Positions 1-8,640 of a DNA stretch of 32,000 nt are shown here, piece after piece. The notes under the pieces were generated by a model. It made no database searches. It was not told the DNA's origin and saw only the letters and a program-made list of their open reading frames with translations. Location of the stretch: NCBI RefSeq assembly GCF_000020385.1, contig NC_010814.1:1980001-2012000 (forward strand). Reading direction: 5' to 3'. The position numbers and the translations under genes are program-made. The stretch comes from Trichlorobacter lovleyi SZ (lineage in GTDB: Bacteria; Desulfobacterota; Desulfuromonadia; Geobacterales; Pseudopelobacteraceae). Numbering within the stretch: the first letter of the stretch is position 1; every line of letters begins with the position of its first letter.

Positions 1-1
1 T

Positions 2-862
2 GCTGAAAAACTGGGTGCGTCGGTTATTCCGATCTCCGGCGGCAATACCAAGCGTCAGATCATGATCATGCAGGATTTCGGCTCCACCGTGCTGACCTGT
101 ACCCCGTCCTATTCGCTCTATCTGGCTGAAGAAGCCGCTGCAGAAGGGGTGGATATCAAATCTTCAAAGTTGCGGGTTGGTATCTTTGGTGCCGAGCCCT
201 GGTCTGAGGCGATGCGGGGCGAGATTGAGGCCAATCTTGGTCTGGATGCGATTGACATTTACGGCCTGTCAGAGATCATGGGGCCCGGGGTGGCGATTGA
301 GTGCATCGAAGAGAAGCATGGCCTGCATATCTGGGAAGATCATTTTATCCCTGAGATCATCAACCCTGAGACCGGCCAGCCGGTGGCTGAAGGGGAAAAG
401 GGTGAGCTGGTCATCACCACCATCACCAAGCAGGGAATTCCGCTGATTCGTTACCGTACCCGCGATATCACCAGCATCAGTTACGCCCCCTGCGCCTGCG
501 GCCGAACCCATGGCCGGATTGCCCGGATGAGTGGCCGTTCCGATGATATGCTGATCATCCGCGGCGTGAATGTGTTCCCGTCCCAGATCGAGTCTATTCT
601 GGTAAGGATTGAAGGGGTTGAGCCCCACTATCTGCTGATTGTTGATCGCAAGGATAACCTGGATACCCTTGAGGTACAGGTTGAGGTGGATGAACGGATC
701 TTCTCTGATGAAATCAAGGTGTTGCAGACCCTTGCCCGGCGGATTGAGAAAGAGATCAAGGATATGCTTGGGGTCACCTGTACCGTCAAGCTGGTGGAGC
801 CCAAGACTATCCAACGTAGTGAAGGTAAGGCGCAGCGTGTGCGCGATAATCGGAAACTGTAG
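2..862 (+). CDS. paaK: phenylacetate-CoA ligase family protein (PaaK-like adenylate-forming enzyme), 5'-truncated by the window edge
   Basis: The frame is open from position 2 with no upstream stop. The translation [44 protein letters not shown]...[23 protein letters not shown]...[19 protein letters not shown] resembles the C-terminal two thirds of PaaK-type ligases as I remember them. Confidence 0.85.
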   Translation, partial: AEKLGASVIPISGGNTKRQIMIMQDFGSTVLTCTPSYSLYLAEEAAAEGVDIKSSKLRVGIFGAEPWSEAMRGEIEANLGLDAIDIYGLSEIMGPGVAIECIEEKHGLHIWEDHFIPEIINPETGQPVAEGEKGELVITTITKQGIPLIRYRTRDITSISYAPCACGRTHGRIARMSGRSDDMLIIRGVNVFPSQIESILVRIEGVEPHYLLIVDRKDNLDTLEVQVEVDERIFSDEIKVLQTLARRIEKEIKDMLGVTCTVKLVEPKTIQRSEGKAQRVRDNRKL

Positions 863-873
863 GAGGAGAAACC

Positions 874-1305
874 ATGAAAGTTGAACAGATCTCCATCTTT
901 ATAGAAAACAAGTCCGGTCGTTTGGCCGAGATCACCCGTATTTTGGGTGAGGCAGGCATCAACATTCGTGCCCTGTCTCTGGCTGATACCTCTGATTTCG
1001 GGATTCTGCGTCTGATTGTGAATGAGGTTGAAAAGGCCAAGGCGGTGCTGAAGGAAAAAGGGTTTACCGTCTCAAAAACTGAAGTGGTGGCGGTTGAAGT
1101 ACCGGACCAGCCCGGCGGTCTGTCCACCATCCTGCAGGCCCTTGACCGTGATAATACCAATGTAGAGTATATGTATGCCTTTGTGGAGCGTTGTGGCGGC
1201 AATGCGGTAATTATCTTCCGCTTTGACGAGACGGATAAGGCGATTGCCACGCTGACTGCCAATAATTTTAATATCCTTGCAGGTGAGCAACTCTATTCAA
1301 TGTAG
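874..1305 (+). CDS. ACT domain-containing protein (two tandem ACT-like halves)
   Basis: 143 aa, with GGAGGAG 6-8 nt upstream of the ATG. Two repeats of the ACT-type pattern are visible: [29 protein letters not shown] and [29 protein letters not shown]. It starts 11 nt after the ligase gene. Confidence 0.8.
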   Translation: MKVEQISIFIENKSGRLAEITRILGEAGINIRALSLADTSDFGILRLIVNEVEKAKAVLKEKGFTVSKTEVVAVEVPDQPGGLSTILQALDRDNTNVEYMYAFVERCGGNAVIIFRFDETDKAIATLTANNFNILAGEQLYSM

Positions 1306-1322
1306 TTTAACAGGGGGAGAGT

Positions 1323-2471
1323 ATGAAAAAGCTGGTGATGGTCTGTAGTCTGGCAGCAATGCTGCTCTGCAGCGCAACAATGGCCCTGGCAGCCGGTACA
1401 ATCAAGATCGGTGGTCTGTTCAGCGTGACCGGTCCGGCATCATTTCTGGGTGAGCCGGAAAAGAAAACCCTTGAAATGCTGGTGGCGGATCTGAACGCCA
1501 AGGGTGGCATCAATGGCCAGAAGCTTGAGGCAGTGATCTATGACACCGCCGGTGACGCCACCAAGGCGGTACAACTGGCCACCAAGCTGATCAAGAATGA
1601 CAAGGTGGTTGCCATTATCGGACCCAGCACCACCGGTGAATCGATGGCTGTGCTGGCCCTGACCGAGAAAGAGAAGATTCCTCTGATTTCCTGCGCAGCC
1701 GGCATCAAGATCACCGAGCCTGCCAAGGATCGTAAGTTCACTTTCAAGACCCCGGCCAATGACCATGTGGCCGTGGAAAAAATCCTGCAGTATGCTGCCA
1801 GGGTCAAGCAGAAGAACCTGGCTATTCTCACGGTTACAGACGGGTTCGGTGCATCAGGCCGTGAACAGCTGAAGGTCTCTGCTGCTCAAAAGGGTTTCAA
1901 GGTTGTTGCTGATGAAACCTATGGCCCCAAAGACACCGACATGACCCCGCAGCTGACCAAGATCCGTTCCAGCAAGGCTGATGCCATCATCTGCTGGGGC
2001 ACCAACCCCGGTCCTGCCATTATCACCAAAAACATCAAACAGCTGGGGATCAAGACCCCGGTTTATATGAGCCATGGTGTCGCCTCCAAGAAATATATCG
2101 AACTGGCCAGCCCGGCTGCAGCGGAAGGAATCATGCTGCCTGCAGGAAAACTTGCCGTGTATGATGTGCTGCCTAAAAACGATCCGCAACAGAAGCTGCT
2201 GAGAGAGTATGATGCTGCCTACAAAAAGACCCACGGCGTTGAGGCTTCTACCTTTGGCGGCTACGCTTATGACGCTTTCCTGCTGGTAACCAACGCCATC
2301 AGGACCAAGGGGGCAACCCCGGCCCAGATCCGTGATGGCTTGGAGCAGACCAAAAAGCTGGTCAGCGTATCCGGTGTTTTTAATATGTCCGCCAATGACC
2401 ACAATGGCCTGGACCTGTCAGCCTTTGAAATGGTAAAGATTCACAAAGGCGATTGGTCCATACTGAAATAA
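1323..2471 (+). CDS. ABC transporter periplasmic substrate-binding protein, Leu/Ile/Val-binding (LivJ/K-like) family, copy 1
   Basis: 382 aa. Signal peptide MKKLVMVCSLAAMLLCSATMALA followed by AGTIKIGGLFSVTGPASFLGEP...IIGPSTTGES, typical of type I periplasmic binding proteins. GGGGGAG lies upstream of the ATG. Confidence 0.9.
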   Translation: MKKLVMVCSLAAMLLCSATMALAAGTIKIGGLFSVTGPASFLGEPEKKTLEMLVADLNAKGGINGQKLEAVIYDTAGDATKAVQLATKLIKNDKVVAIIGPSTTGESMAVLALTEKEKIPLISCAAGIKITEPAKDRKFTFKTPANDHVAVEKILQYAARVKQKNLAILTVTDGFGASGREQLKVSAAQKGFKVVADETYGPKDTDMTPQLTKIRSSKADAIICWGTNPGPAIITKNIKQLGIKTPVYMSHGVASKKYIELASPAAAEGIMLPAGKLAVYDVLPKNDPQQKLLREYDAAYKKTHGVEASTFGGYAYDAFLLVTNAIRTKGATPAQIRDGLEQTKKLVSVSGVFNMSANDHNGLDLSAFEMVKIHKGDWSILK

Positions 2472-2484
2472 AGGAGATACCAGC

Positions 2485-3624
2485 ATGGGTTTTCGATTTA
2501 CGACTCTGACAACTGCGGCGCTGCTGCTTCTTAGCGCGTCTCTTTCCTTTGCTGCCGGCACCATCAAGATCGGTGGTCTCTTTTCTGTGACCGGTCCTCC
2601 TGCCTTTCTGGGGGAGCCGGAGCGTAACACTGCCAGGATGGTGGTTGACAGCATCAACAAGGCAGGCGGCATTAAAGGACAGAAGCTGGAACTGGTGGTG
2701 TATGATACTGCCGGTGATGCCACCAAGGCGGTCCAGATGGCAACCAAGCTGATCAAGGATGACAAGGTTATTGCCATTATTGGCCCCAGCACCACTGGTG
2801 AAAGTATGGCGGTGATCCCGGTTGCTGAACGGGAGCGGGTACCGCTGATCTCCTGTGCAGCAGGCAGCAAGATTACTGACCCGGTCAAACGCTATGTCTT
2901 CAAGACTGCCCAGAATGACGGACTGGCAGTGGCAAAGATCTATGAATACCTGCAGAAGCACAAGCAGAGCAAGGTTGCTATCCTGACTGTTTCTGATGGT
3001 TTTGGCGCTTCAGGACGGGAGCAGTTAAAGTCTCTGGCAGGCAAATTTGGCATGCAGATTGTGGTGGATGATACCTATGGCCCCAAAGATACGGATATGA
3101 CCTCACAATTGACCAAGATTCGCGGTTCACAGGCCCAGGTGTTGATTGTCTGGGGAACTAATCCCGGTCCGGCAGTGATTGCCAAAAACGCCAGGCAGCT
3201 TGGGCTTAAACTGCCGCTTTACATGAGCCACGGTGTTTCCTCCAAGAAGTTCATTGCCCTGGCTGGTGACGCAGCAGAAGGTGTGAAGCTGCCATCCGGC
3301 AAGGTGATTGTCTCAGATGTGCTGCCCAAGAATGATCCTCAAAAGGGTTCACTTCTGGCATACGTCAAGGATTATCAAAAACATTTCAAGGCTGAAGGTG
3401 ACCACTTTGGCGGCCATGCCTGGGATGGGGTGATGCTGGTCAAGGCAGCCATTGAGAAGGGTGGGGCAACCACTGAAGGAATCCGTGCCGGCCTGGAAGG
3501 GCTCAAGGATTTCCATGGTATTGGCGGTACCTTTAACTTTTCAGCAGGGGATCACGCCGGTCTGAACAAAGATGCCTTTATTATGGTGGAGATCAAGAAC
3601 AAGGATTGGGTGATCGCCAAGTAG
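2485..3624 (+). CDS. ABC transporter periplasmic substrate-binding protein, LivJ/K-like family, copy 2 (tandem paralogue)
   Basis: 379 aa with a signal peptide ending SLSFA/AGT. It shares long identical runs with copy 1: AAGTIKIGGLFSVTGP, AIIGPSTTGESMAV, PLISCAAG, TYGPKDTDMT, WGTNPGPA. Confidence 0.9.
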   Translation: MGFRFTTLTTAALLLLSASLSFAAGTIKIGGLFSVTGPPAFLGEPERNTARMVVDSINKAGGIKGQKLELVVYDTAGDATKAVQMATKLIKDDKVIAIIGPSTTGESMAVIPVAERERVPLISCAAGSKITDPVKRYVFKTAQNDGLAVAKIYEYLQKHKQSKVAILTVSDGFGASGREQLKSLAGKFGMQIVVDDTYGPKDTDMTSQLTKIRGSQAQVLIVWGTNPGPAVIAKNARQLGLKLPLYMSHGVSSKKFIALAGDAAEGVKLPSGKVIVSDVLPKNDPQKGSLLAYVKDYQKHFKAEGDHFGGHAWDGVMLVKAAIEKGGATTEGIRAGLEGLKDFHGIGGTFNFSAGDHAGLNKDAFIMVEIKNKDWVIAK

Positions 3625-3770
3625 AAACAAACTTTTTCCGCCCTGAGCCAGTCGCACGTCAGTGTGGCTTGTGCGGCGTACTCCATTGTACGCCTCCGCG
3701 CCAAACATTGGTTGCCTGACTCAGAAGGAAAATATGTTTCTTGATGACTTTATTGCAATACACATCATCG

Positions 3771-3802
3771 TAAAGACAGGCGTTTCAGTGCGCCTGTCTT
3801 TA
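3771..3802 (+). promoter_or_regulatory. perfect 12-bp stem-loop in the binding-protein/permease spacer (possible mRNA-stabilising or attenuating hairpin)
   Basis: TAAAGACAGGCG (3771-3782), loop tttcagtg, CGCCTGTCTTTA (3791-3802). No clean U-tract follows it (cgtctgtaaa). Confidence 0.6.
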
Positions 3803-3831
3803 CGTCTGTAAAGGGTTGGTAAACAGTACCC

Positions 3832-4716
3832 ATGGAATTAGGTAACCAATTACTGCAATATCTGCTGTCAGGGCTTTCCACCGGGGCGATCTATGCCCTG
3901 ATCGGGATCGGCTTTTCCATTATCTACAACGCCACCGGCATCATCAACTTTGCCCAGGGCGAGTTTGTCATGTTGGGGGGGATGCTGACCCTGTTTCTGA
4001 TGGAGACCCTGAAACTTCCTCTCTGGGCTGCTATTCCGCTGGCTGTCCTGCTGGCCACCCTGGTTGGACTGGTCTTTGAACGGCTGGCTATCCGCCCTTT
4101 GCGCAAGGCATCACCCATCAGCCTGGTGATTATCACCATTGGCGGTTCAATCCTTATCCGCGGTCTGTCCATGCTGATCTGGGACAAGGATACCCATGCT
4201 CTGCCCCCTTTTTCCGGCGATGAGCCGATCATGATTGCCGGCGCAACTGTGCTGCCTCAGCATTTCTGGATCTTAGGGATTACCGTAGTGCTGATCGGAC
4301 TGAATAAGTGGTTCTTCAGCCATACCATCAGCGGCAAGGCGATGCGGGCCTGTTCCTACAATCCCCGCGCAGCAGGCCTGGTGGGTATTGACGTGCGCCG
4401 GATGGTGCTGCTTTCCTTTGTGATCAGTGCTGCCATGGGCTCTCTGGCCGGCATTATTGTGGCGCCATTGACCATGACCTCCTATGATGTTGGTGTAATG
4501 CTGGGGCTGAAAGGGTTCTGCGCTGCCATTATCGGCGGGATGTCCAGTGGTATTCCCACGGTGATTGGCGGGCTGATCCTGGGGGTGCTGGAGTCTCTTG
4601 GTGCCGGCCTGATTTCCTCTGGCTACAAAGATGCCATCGCCTTTGTGATCCTGTTGTTGATCCTGTTCATCCGTCCCCAGGGCCTGTTCGGCAAGCCGGA
4701 AAGTGAACGGGTGTAA
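3832..4716 (+). CDS. livH: branched-chain amino acid-type ABC transporter permease (LivH family)
   Basis: 294 aa polytopic membrane protein. N-terminus LLQYLLSGLSTGAIYALIGIGFSIIYNATGIINFAQGEF is a typical LivH signature region. Confidence 0.9.
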   Translation: MELGNQLLQYLLSGLSTGAIYALIGIGFSIIYNATGIINFAQGEFVMLGGMLTLFLMETLKLPLWAAIPLAVLLATLVGLVFERLAIRPLRKASPISLVIITIGGSILIRGLSMLIWDKDTHALPPFSGDEPIMIAGATVLPQHFWILGITVVLIGLNKWFFSHTISGKAMRACSYNPRAAGLVGIDVRRMVLLSFVISAAMGSLAGIIVAPLTMTSYDVGVMLGLKGFCAAIIGGMSSGIPTVIGGLILGVLESLGAGLISSGYKDAIAFVILLLILFIRPQGLFGKPESERV

Positions 4717-4719
4717 CAG

Positions 4720-5685
4720 ATGAAGAAGGAACTGATCAAATACACTGTTTTTGCCATCTGTATCCTGCTTGCCCCCCTGGCCTTTTCCGGCAATTATCTG
4801 ATGAATGTACTGGTCTTTGTGGGGATCCACACCATGCTGGCGGTGGCGCTTAACCTCTTGCTGGGGTACGCAGGGCAGATTTCGCTGGGGCATGCTGCCT
4901 TCTTTGGTTTGGGTGCCTATGGCTCCGGCATTTTGTCCACAACCTACGAATGGAATCCATGGCTTGCCATGACCGTGGTGGCGCTCGTGGTAGGAGGACT
5001 GGCCTTTACCATCGGTTTCCCGATCCTGAAGCTGAAAGGCCACTATCTGGCCATGGCAACCCTGGGGATGGGGATCATTGTCTATATTGTCTTTAATGAA
5101 TGGATTGATATGACAGAGGGGCCATCGGGCTTTTCCGGGATCCCCAATCTGGAACTGGGGCCACTTGTCTTTGACAGTGATATCAAGAATTACTATCTGG
5201 TCTGGAGCTTTGTACTGGGCTGTGTACTGCTTTCGGTTAACCTGGCAAACTCACGGATAGGACGGGCCTTTCGGGCTATCCATGATGCCGAGGTGGCAGC
5301 ACGGGTCATGGGGGTGAATGCCCGACTGCTCAAGGTGCAGGTCTTTGCCCTGTCCGCCATGATCTGTGCCATTGCCGGTTCACTGTACGCCCATGTCATG
5401 ACCTTTATTGCGCCGCCCTCCTTTGGTTTCAATATCTCGGTTGAATTACTCACCATGGTGGTGATCGGCGGCCTGGGCAGCATTTATGGTTCCTTTCTGG
5501 GGGCACTGCTGTTAACCATGTTACCGGAATTTCTGCGTTTTATGCATGACTATGACATTGTCTTTTACGGCGGCCTGTTGATGGTTATGACCATCTTTAT
5601 GCCTGGTGGGCTTGTGCGTGGCATTCCTGACCTGTTCCGTAAAATTAGCGGCCTGAAGAATAGAAAAGGGGGTGCCCATGCTTGA
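4720..5685 (+). CDS. livM: branched-chain amino acid-type ABC transporter permease (LivM family)
   Basis: 321 aa membrane protein. NLLLGYAGQISLGHAAFFGLGAY motif. Starts 3 nt after the livH stop. Confidence 0.9.
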   Translation: MKKELIKYTVFAICILLAPLAFSGNYLMNVLVFVGIHTMLAVALNLLLGYAGQISLGHAAFFGLGAYGSGILSTTYEWNPWLAMTVVALVVGGLAFTIGFPILKLKGHYLAMATLGMGIIVYIVFNEWIDMTEGPSGFSGIPNLELGPLVFDSDIKNYYLVWSFVLGCVLLSVNLANSRIGRAFRAIHDAEVAARVMGVNARLLKVQVFALSAMICAIAGSLYAHVMTFIAPPSFGFNISVELLTMVVIGGLGSIYGSFLGALLLTMLPEFLRFMHDYDIVFYGGLLMVMTIFMPGGLVRGIPDLFRKISGLKNRKGGAHA

Positions 5686-6433
5686 ACTGAAAGGCATCAC
5701 CCAGATCTTTGGCGGAGTTACAGCGTTAAACGATGTATCATTTTCCATCCATGCTGATCAGATCACCGGTGTGATCGGCCCCAATGGTGCCGGCAAGACC
5801 ACCCTGTTTAATATTGTGACCGGTATCTATCAGCAGACCAGTGGTCAGGTGATCTTTGAAGGTAGCGACATCAGCGGAATTCCGGTGGAGCGTCTGGCAG
5901 CCAAAGGGATGGTACGCACCTTTCAGAACATTGAACTGTTTGGTCAGATGACGGTGCTTGAAAATGTGATGGTGGGCCTGCACAGTAAAAGTAAAAGCGG
6001 GCTGTTTGCCTGTTCTTTCAAGGCACCCTGGGCCATTAAGGAAGAACGCCGTATCCGTGAAGAGGCCCATGAATGGCTGCGTTTTGTCGGTATTGAGCAA
6101 CTTGCTGATGTGCAGGCATCAAACCTGCCGTTTGGAAAGGGCAGAATGCTGGAGATTGCCCGTGCCATGGCCTGCAAACCACGTATGATCCTGATGGATG
6201 AACCTGCTGCCGGTCTGAACTCACAGGAAACCGTTGGCCTTGCCGAACTGATCCGTAAGATCCGTGACCTGGGTGTAACGGTCGTGCTGGTGGAACATGA
6301 TATGGAACTGGTCATGGATATCTGTGACCGGATCGTGGTGCTGAACCTGGGACAGAAGTTGGCTGAAGGAACACCGCGGGAAATTCAGGATAACCCAGAG
6401 GTAATAGCTGCGTACCTGGGGGATGATGAATAA
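5678..6433 (+). CDS. livG: ABC transporter ATP-binding protein (LivG family)
   Basis: Walker A GPNGAGKTT, signature-like LPFGKGRMLEIARA, Walker B ILMDEPAAG. I prefer the ATG at 5678 (MLELKGITQIFGG) over the GTG at 5672. It overlaps the livM stop. Confidence 0.9.
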   Translation: MLELKGITQIFGGVTALNDVSFSIHADQITGVIGPNGAGKTTLFNIVTGIYQQTSGQVIFEGSDISGIPVERLAAKGMVRTFQNIELFGQMTVLENVMVGLHSKSKSGLFACSFKAPWAIKEERRIREEAHEWLRFVGIEQLADVQASNLPFGKGRMLEIARAMACKPRMILMDEPAAGLNSQETVGLAELIRKIRDLGVTVVLVEHDMELVMDICDRIVVLNLGQKLAEGTPREIQDNPEVIAAYLGDDE

Positions 6434-7176
6434 TGTTAAAGTTAAAGAACATTAATACCTACTACGGTAAGGTACATGCCCTGAAGAATGTCTCCCTGCA
6501 TCTGGCAGAAGGAGAAATTGTTACCCTGATCGGCGCCAATGGTGCCGGCAAGACCACCATTCTGAATACCATCTCAGGTGTGACTCCTGCTTCCGGTGGT
6601 GACCTGCTCTTTCAAAAAGAGGAAATCAAGGCCCTGACTCCGGATCGGATTGTCAAGCTTGGGATATCCCAGGTGCCTGAAGGCCGTCAGGTCTTTAAAC
6701 CAATGACCGTCGAGGAAAATCTTGAGCTGGGAGCCTACCTGCGCTACCGTGCGCGGGATCCCAAGACAGAGATTTTGAAGGACAAGGAAGAGATATTTCA
6801 GCTTTTTCCCCGTCTGGAAGAGCGACGTAAACAGGCTGCCGGTACCATGTCCGGTGGTGAACAGCAGATGCTGGCGATTGGTCGGGCCCTGATGGCCCGT
6901 CCTAAGCTATTGTTGCTGGATGAACCATCCATGGGCCTGGCGCCGTTGGTGGTGCAGGAGATCTTCAGGGTGCTGCAGCGGCTGCGGGATGAACGGGGTG
7001 TGACGATCCTGCTGGTGGAACAGAATGCCAAGGCAGCCCTCAAGCTGGCTGACCGTGGCTATGTACTGGAAACTGGCAAGGTGATTCTGGAAGGTGCTGC
7101 TGACGAACTGCTGGAAAACGCCGAGGTTAAACGGGCCTATCTGGGCAAAGACAAAAAAGAGATATGGGAGCGTTGA
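6433..7176 (+). CDS. livF: ABC transporter ATP-binding protein (LivF family)
   Basis: Walker A GANGAGKTT, signature MSGGEQQMLAIGRAL, Walker B LLLDEPSMGLAP. TAATG overlap with the livG stop. Confidence 0.9.
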   Translation: MLKLKNINTYYGKVHALKNVSLHLAEGEIVTLIGANGAGKTTILNTISGVTPASGGDLLFQKEEIKALTPDRIVKLGISQVPEGRQVFKPMTVEENLELGAYLRYRARDPKTEILKDKEEIFQLFPRLEERRKQAAGTMSGGEQQMLAIGRALMARPKLLLLDEPSMGLAPLVVQEIFRVLQRLRDERGVTILLVEQNAKAALKLADRGYVLETGKVILEGAADELLENAEVKRAYLGKDKKEIWER

Positions 7177-7177
7177 T

Positions 7178-7903
7178 ATGACCCGCGACGAAGCAAAAAA
7201 CAAGATCATCTTTGCCCTTGATGTGGATAATCTGAAGGATATTGACTGCTGGGCTGAAAAACTCTCCAGGAAAGTAGGGATGTTCAAGGTGGGCAAGGAG
7301 CTGTTTACCTCTGCCGGACCTGCTGCAGTTGAGGCTGTCAAGAAGCACGCTGGCGAGGTATTCCTTGATCTGAAATACCATGATATCCCCAATACCGTGG
7401 CCCAGGCCATGCTGGCTGCCGGTCGTTTGGGTGTGAAACTGGCCAACCTGCATGCACTGGGTGGGCCGGAGATGATGGAAAAGGCCAGTCAGGCCGTGCG
7501 CAAGGAGTTCAGTGAAAATGAGCGCCCCCGTTTACTGGCAGTAACCATCCTGACCTCATCAACCCAGGATACGTTGAAGGCTGTAGGGATTGAGCATCCG
7601 GTTGAAGAGATGGTGGTGCGGCTTGCAAAGCTGGCCAAAGAGAGCGGCATGGATGGCGTCGTGGCTTCACCGCTGGAGATTGAGGCGATCCGGGCTGCCT
7701 GTGGTCCTGATTTTTTGATAGTCACCCCGGGGGTACGACCATCTTTTGCTGCTGTTGATGATCAGAAACGGATCATGACCCCGGCTGAGGCAGTTAAGGC
7801 AGGTGCTGATTATCTGGTGATCGGCAGACCAATTGCCAAGGCAGCTGATCCAATCCAGGCAGCAGAACTGATTGTTGATGAAATTGTGGCGGGTGTGCAA
7901 TGA
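7178..7903 (+). CDS. pyrF: orotidine 5'-phosphate decarboxylase
   Basis: The translation from the ATG at 7178 (MTRDEAKNKIIFALDVDNL...FKVGKELF...FLDLKYHDIPNT...VTILTSS...GRPI) shows classic PyrF motifs. The longer ORF from 7094 would overlap livF. Confidence 0.9.
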   Translation: MTRDEAKNKIIFALDVDNLKDIDCWAEKLSRKVGMFKVGKELFTSAGPAAVEAVKKHAGEVFLDLKYHDIPNTVAQAMLAAGRLGVKLANLHALGGPEMMEKASQAVRKEFSENERPRLLAVTILTSSTQDTLKAVGIEHPVEEMVVRLAKLAKESGMDGVVASPLEIEAIRAACGPDFLIVTPGVRPSFAAVDDQKRIMTPAEAVKAGADYLVIGRPIAKAADPIQAAELIVDEIVAGVQ

Positions 7904-8640
7904 AAGAAGATATCCTGTATGGGATAAATCCGGTCAGAGAGGCCTTGCGGGGAAACCGCAAGGCTTTTGAACTTTTTGTACAGACTGGTGGCACAGACCA
8001 GCGGATTGCCAAGCTGGCAACTCTGGCAGAGGAAAAGGGGATTGCGGTTCGCCGTCGTGAACGTGCAGACCTGGAACGGTTGGCTGGTAACCCCCACCAT
8101 CAGGGGGTGGTACTGAAGGTTGCTCCGTTTATTTATGCAGAACTTGAAGATTTTCTGGCTAACCATCAGGAATCAGAAGGCGGGATGTTTCTGCTGGTAC
8201 TGGATCGTATTCAGGACCCTCAGAACCTTGGCGCCTTGATCCGTTCTGCTGCCTGCGCAGGTGTGCAGGGGGTGATTATCCCTAAAGACCGGGCCTGTGG
8301 CATGACACCGGTGGTTGAAAAGGCATCGGCAGGGGCGGTTGAGACCATACCGGTAATCCAGGTCACTAATCTGGTGCAGACCCTTGAACGCCTGAAACAG
8401 GCTGGCTGCTGGATCTTTGGTCTGGCCGGGGAAGCGAACAAGGATATCTATCAGGCTGACTATCGTGGTAATCTGGCACTGGTGGTTGGCAGTGAAGGAG
8501 AGGGGATCAGGCCGCTGGTGCGGAAGCATTGTGACCTGCTACTTGCCATTCCTCACTACGGTGGCATTTCATCATTGAATGCCTCGGTTGCAGGGGGAAT
8601 TGTGTTGTTTGAGGCTGCTCGTCAAAGGTGTACACCATGA
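7900..8640 (+). CDS. rlmB: 23S rRNA (guanosine-2'-O)-methyltransferase, SpoU/TrmH family (RlmB-like)
   Basis: 246 aa. ILYGINPVREAL N-terminal substrate-binding domain, HQGVVL, and SpoU motifs LDRIQDPQNLGALIRSA, LVVGSEGEGIR, IPHYGGISSLNASVA. ATGA overlap with the pyrF stop. Confidence 0.85.
   Translation: MKEDILYGINPVREALRGNRKAFELFVQTGGTDQRIAKLATLAEEKGIAVRRRERADLERLAGNPHHQGVVLKVAPFIYAELEDFLANHQESEGGMFLLVLDRIQDPQNLGALIRSAACAGVQGVIIPKDRACGMTPVVEKASAGAVETIPVIQVTNLVQTLERLKQAGCWIFGLAGEANKDIYQADYRGNLALVVGSEGEGIRPLVRKHCDLLLAIPHYGGISSLNASVAGGIVLFEAARQRCTP

Noticed and set aside
4273-5043. Long antisense ORFs opposite well-supported genes (for example 4273-5043, 2380-2961, 6907-7446, 10782-11429, 28310-28873, 807-1262)
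   Set aside because: They are shadow ORFs typical of moderately GC-rich coding DNA. Their translations are low-complexity (Gly/His/Gln/Arg-rich), have no recognisable motifs or ribosome-binding sites, and lie fully within conserved genes on the other strand.
7094-7177. Upstream extensions of pyrF (7094). Similar extensions exist for acnB (27695), the methyltransferase (27726), trpS (23050) and the M23 peptidase (19487).
   Set aside because: The extensions overlap neighbouring genes or promoter regions, lack ribosome-binding sites, and precede internal ATGs that do have Shine-Dalgarno sequences and that align with homologue N-termini.
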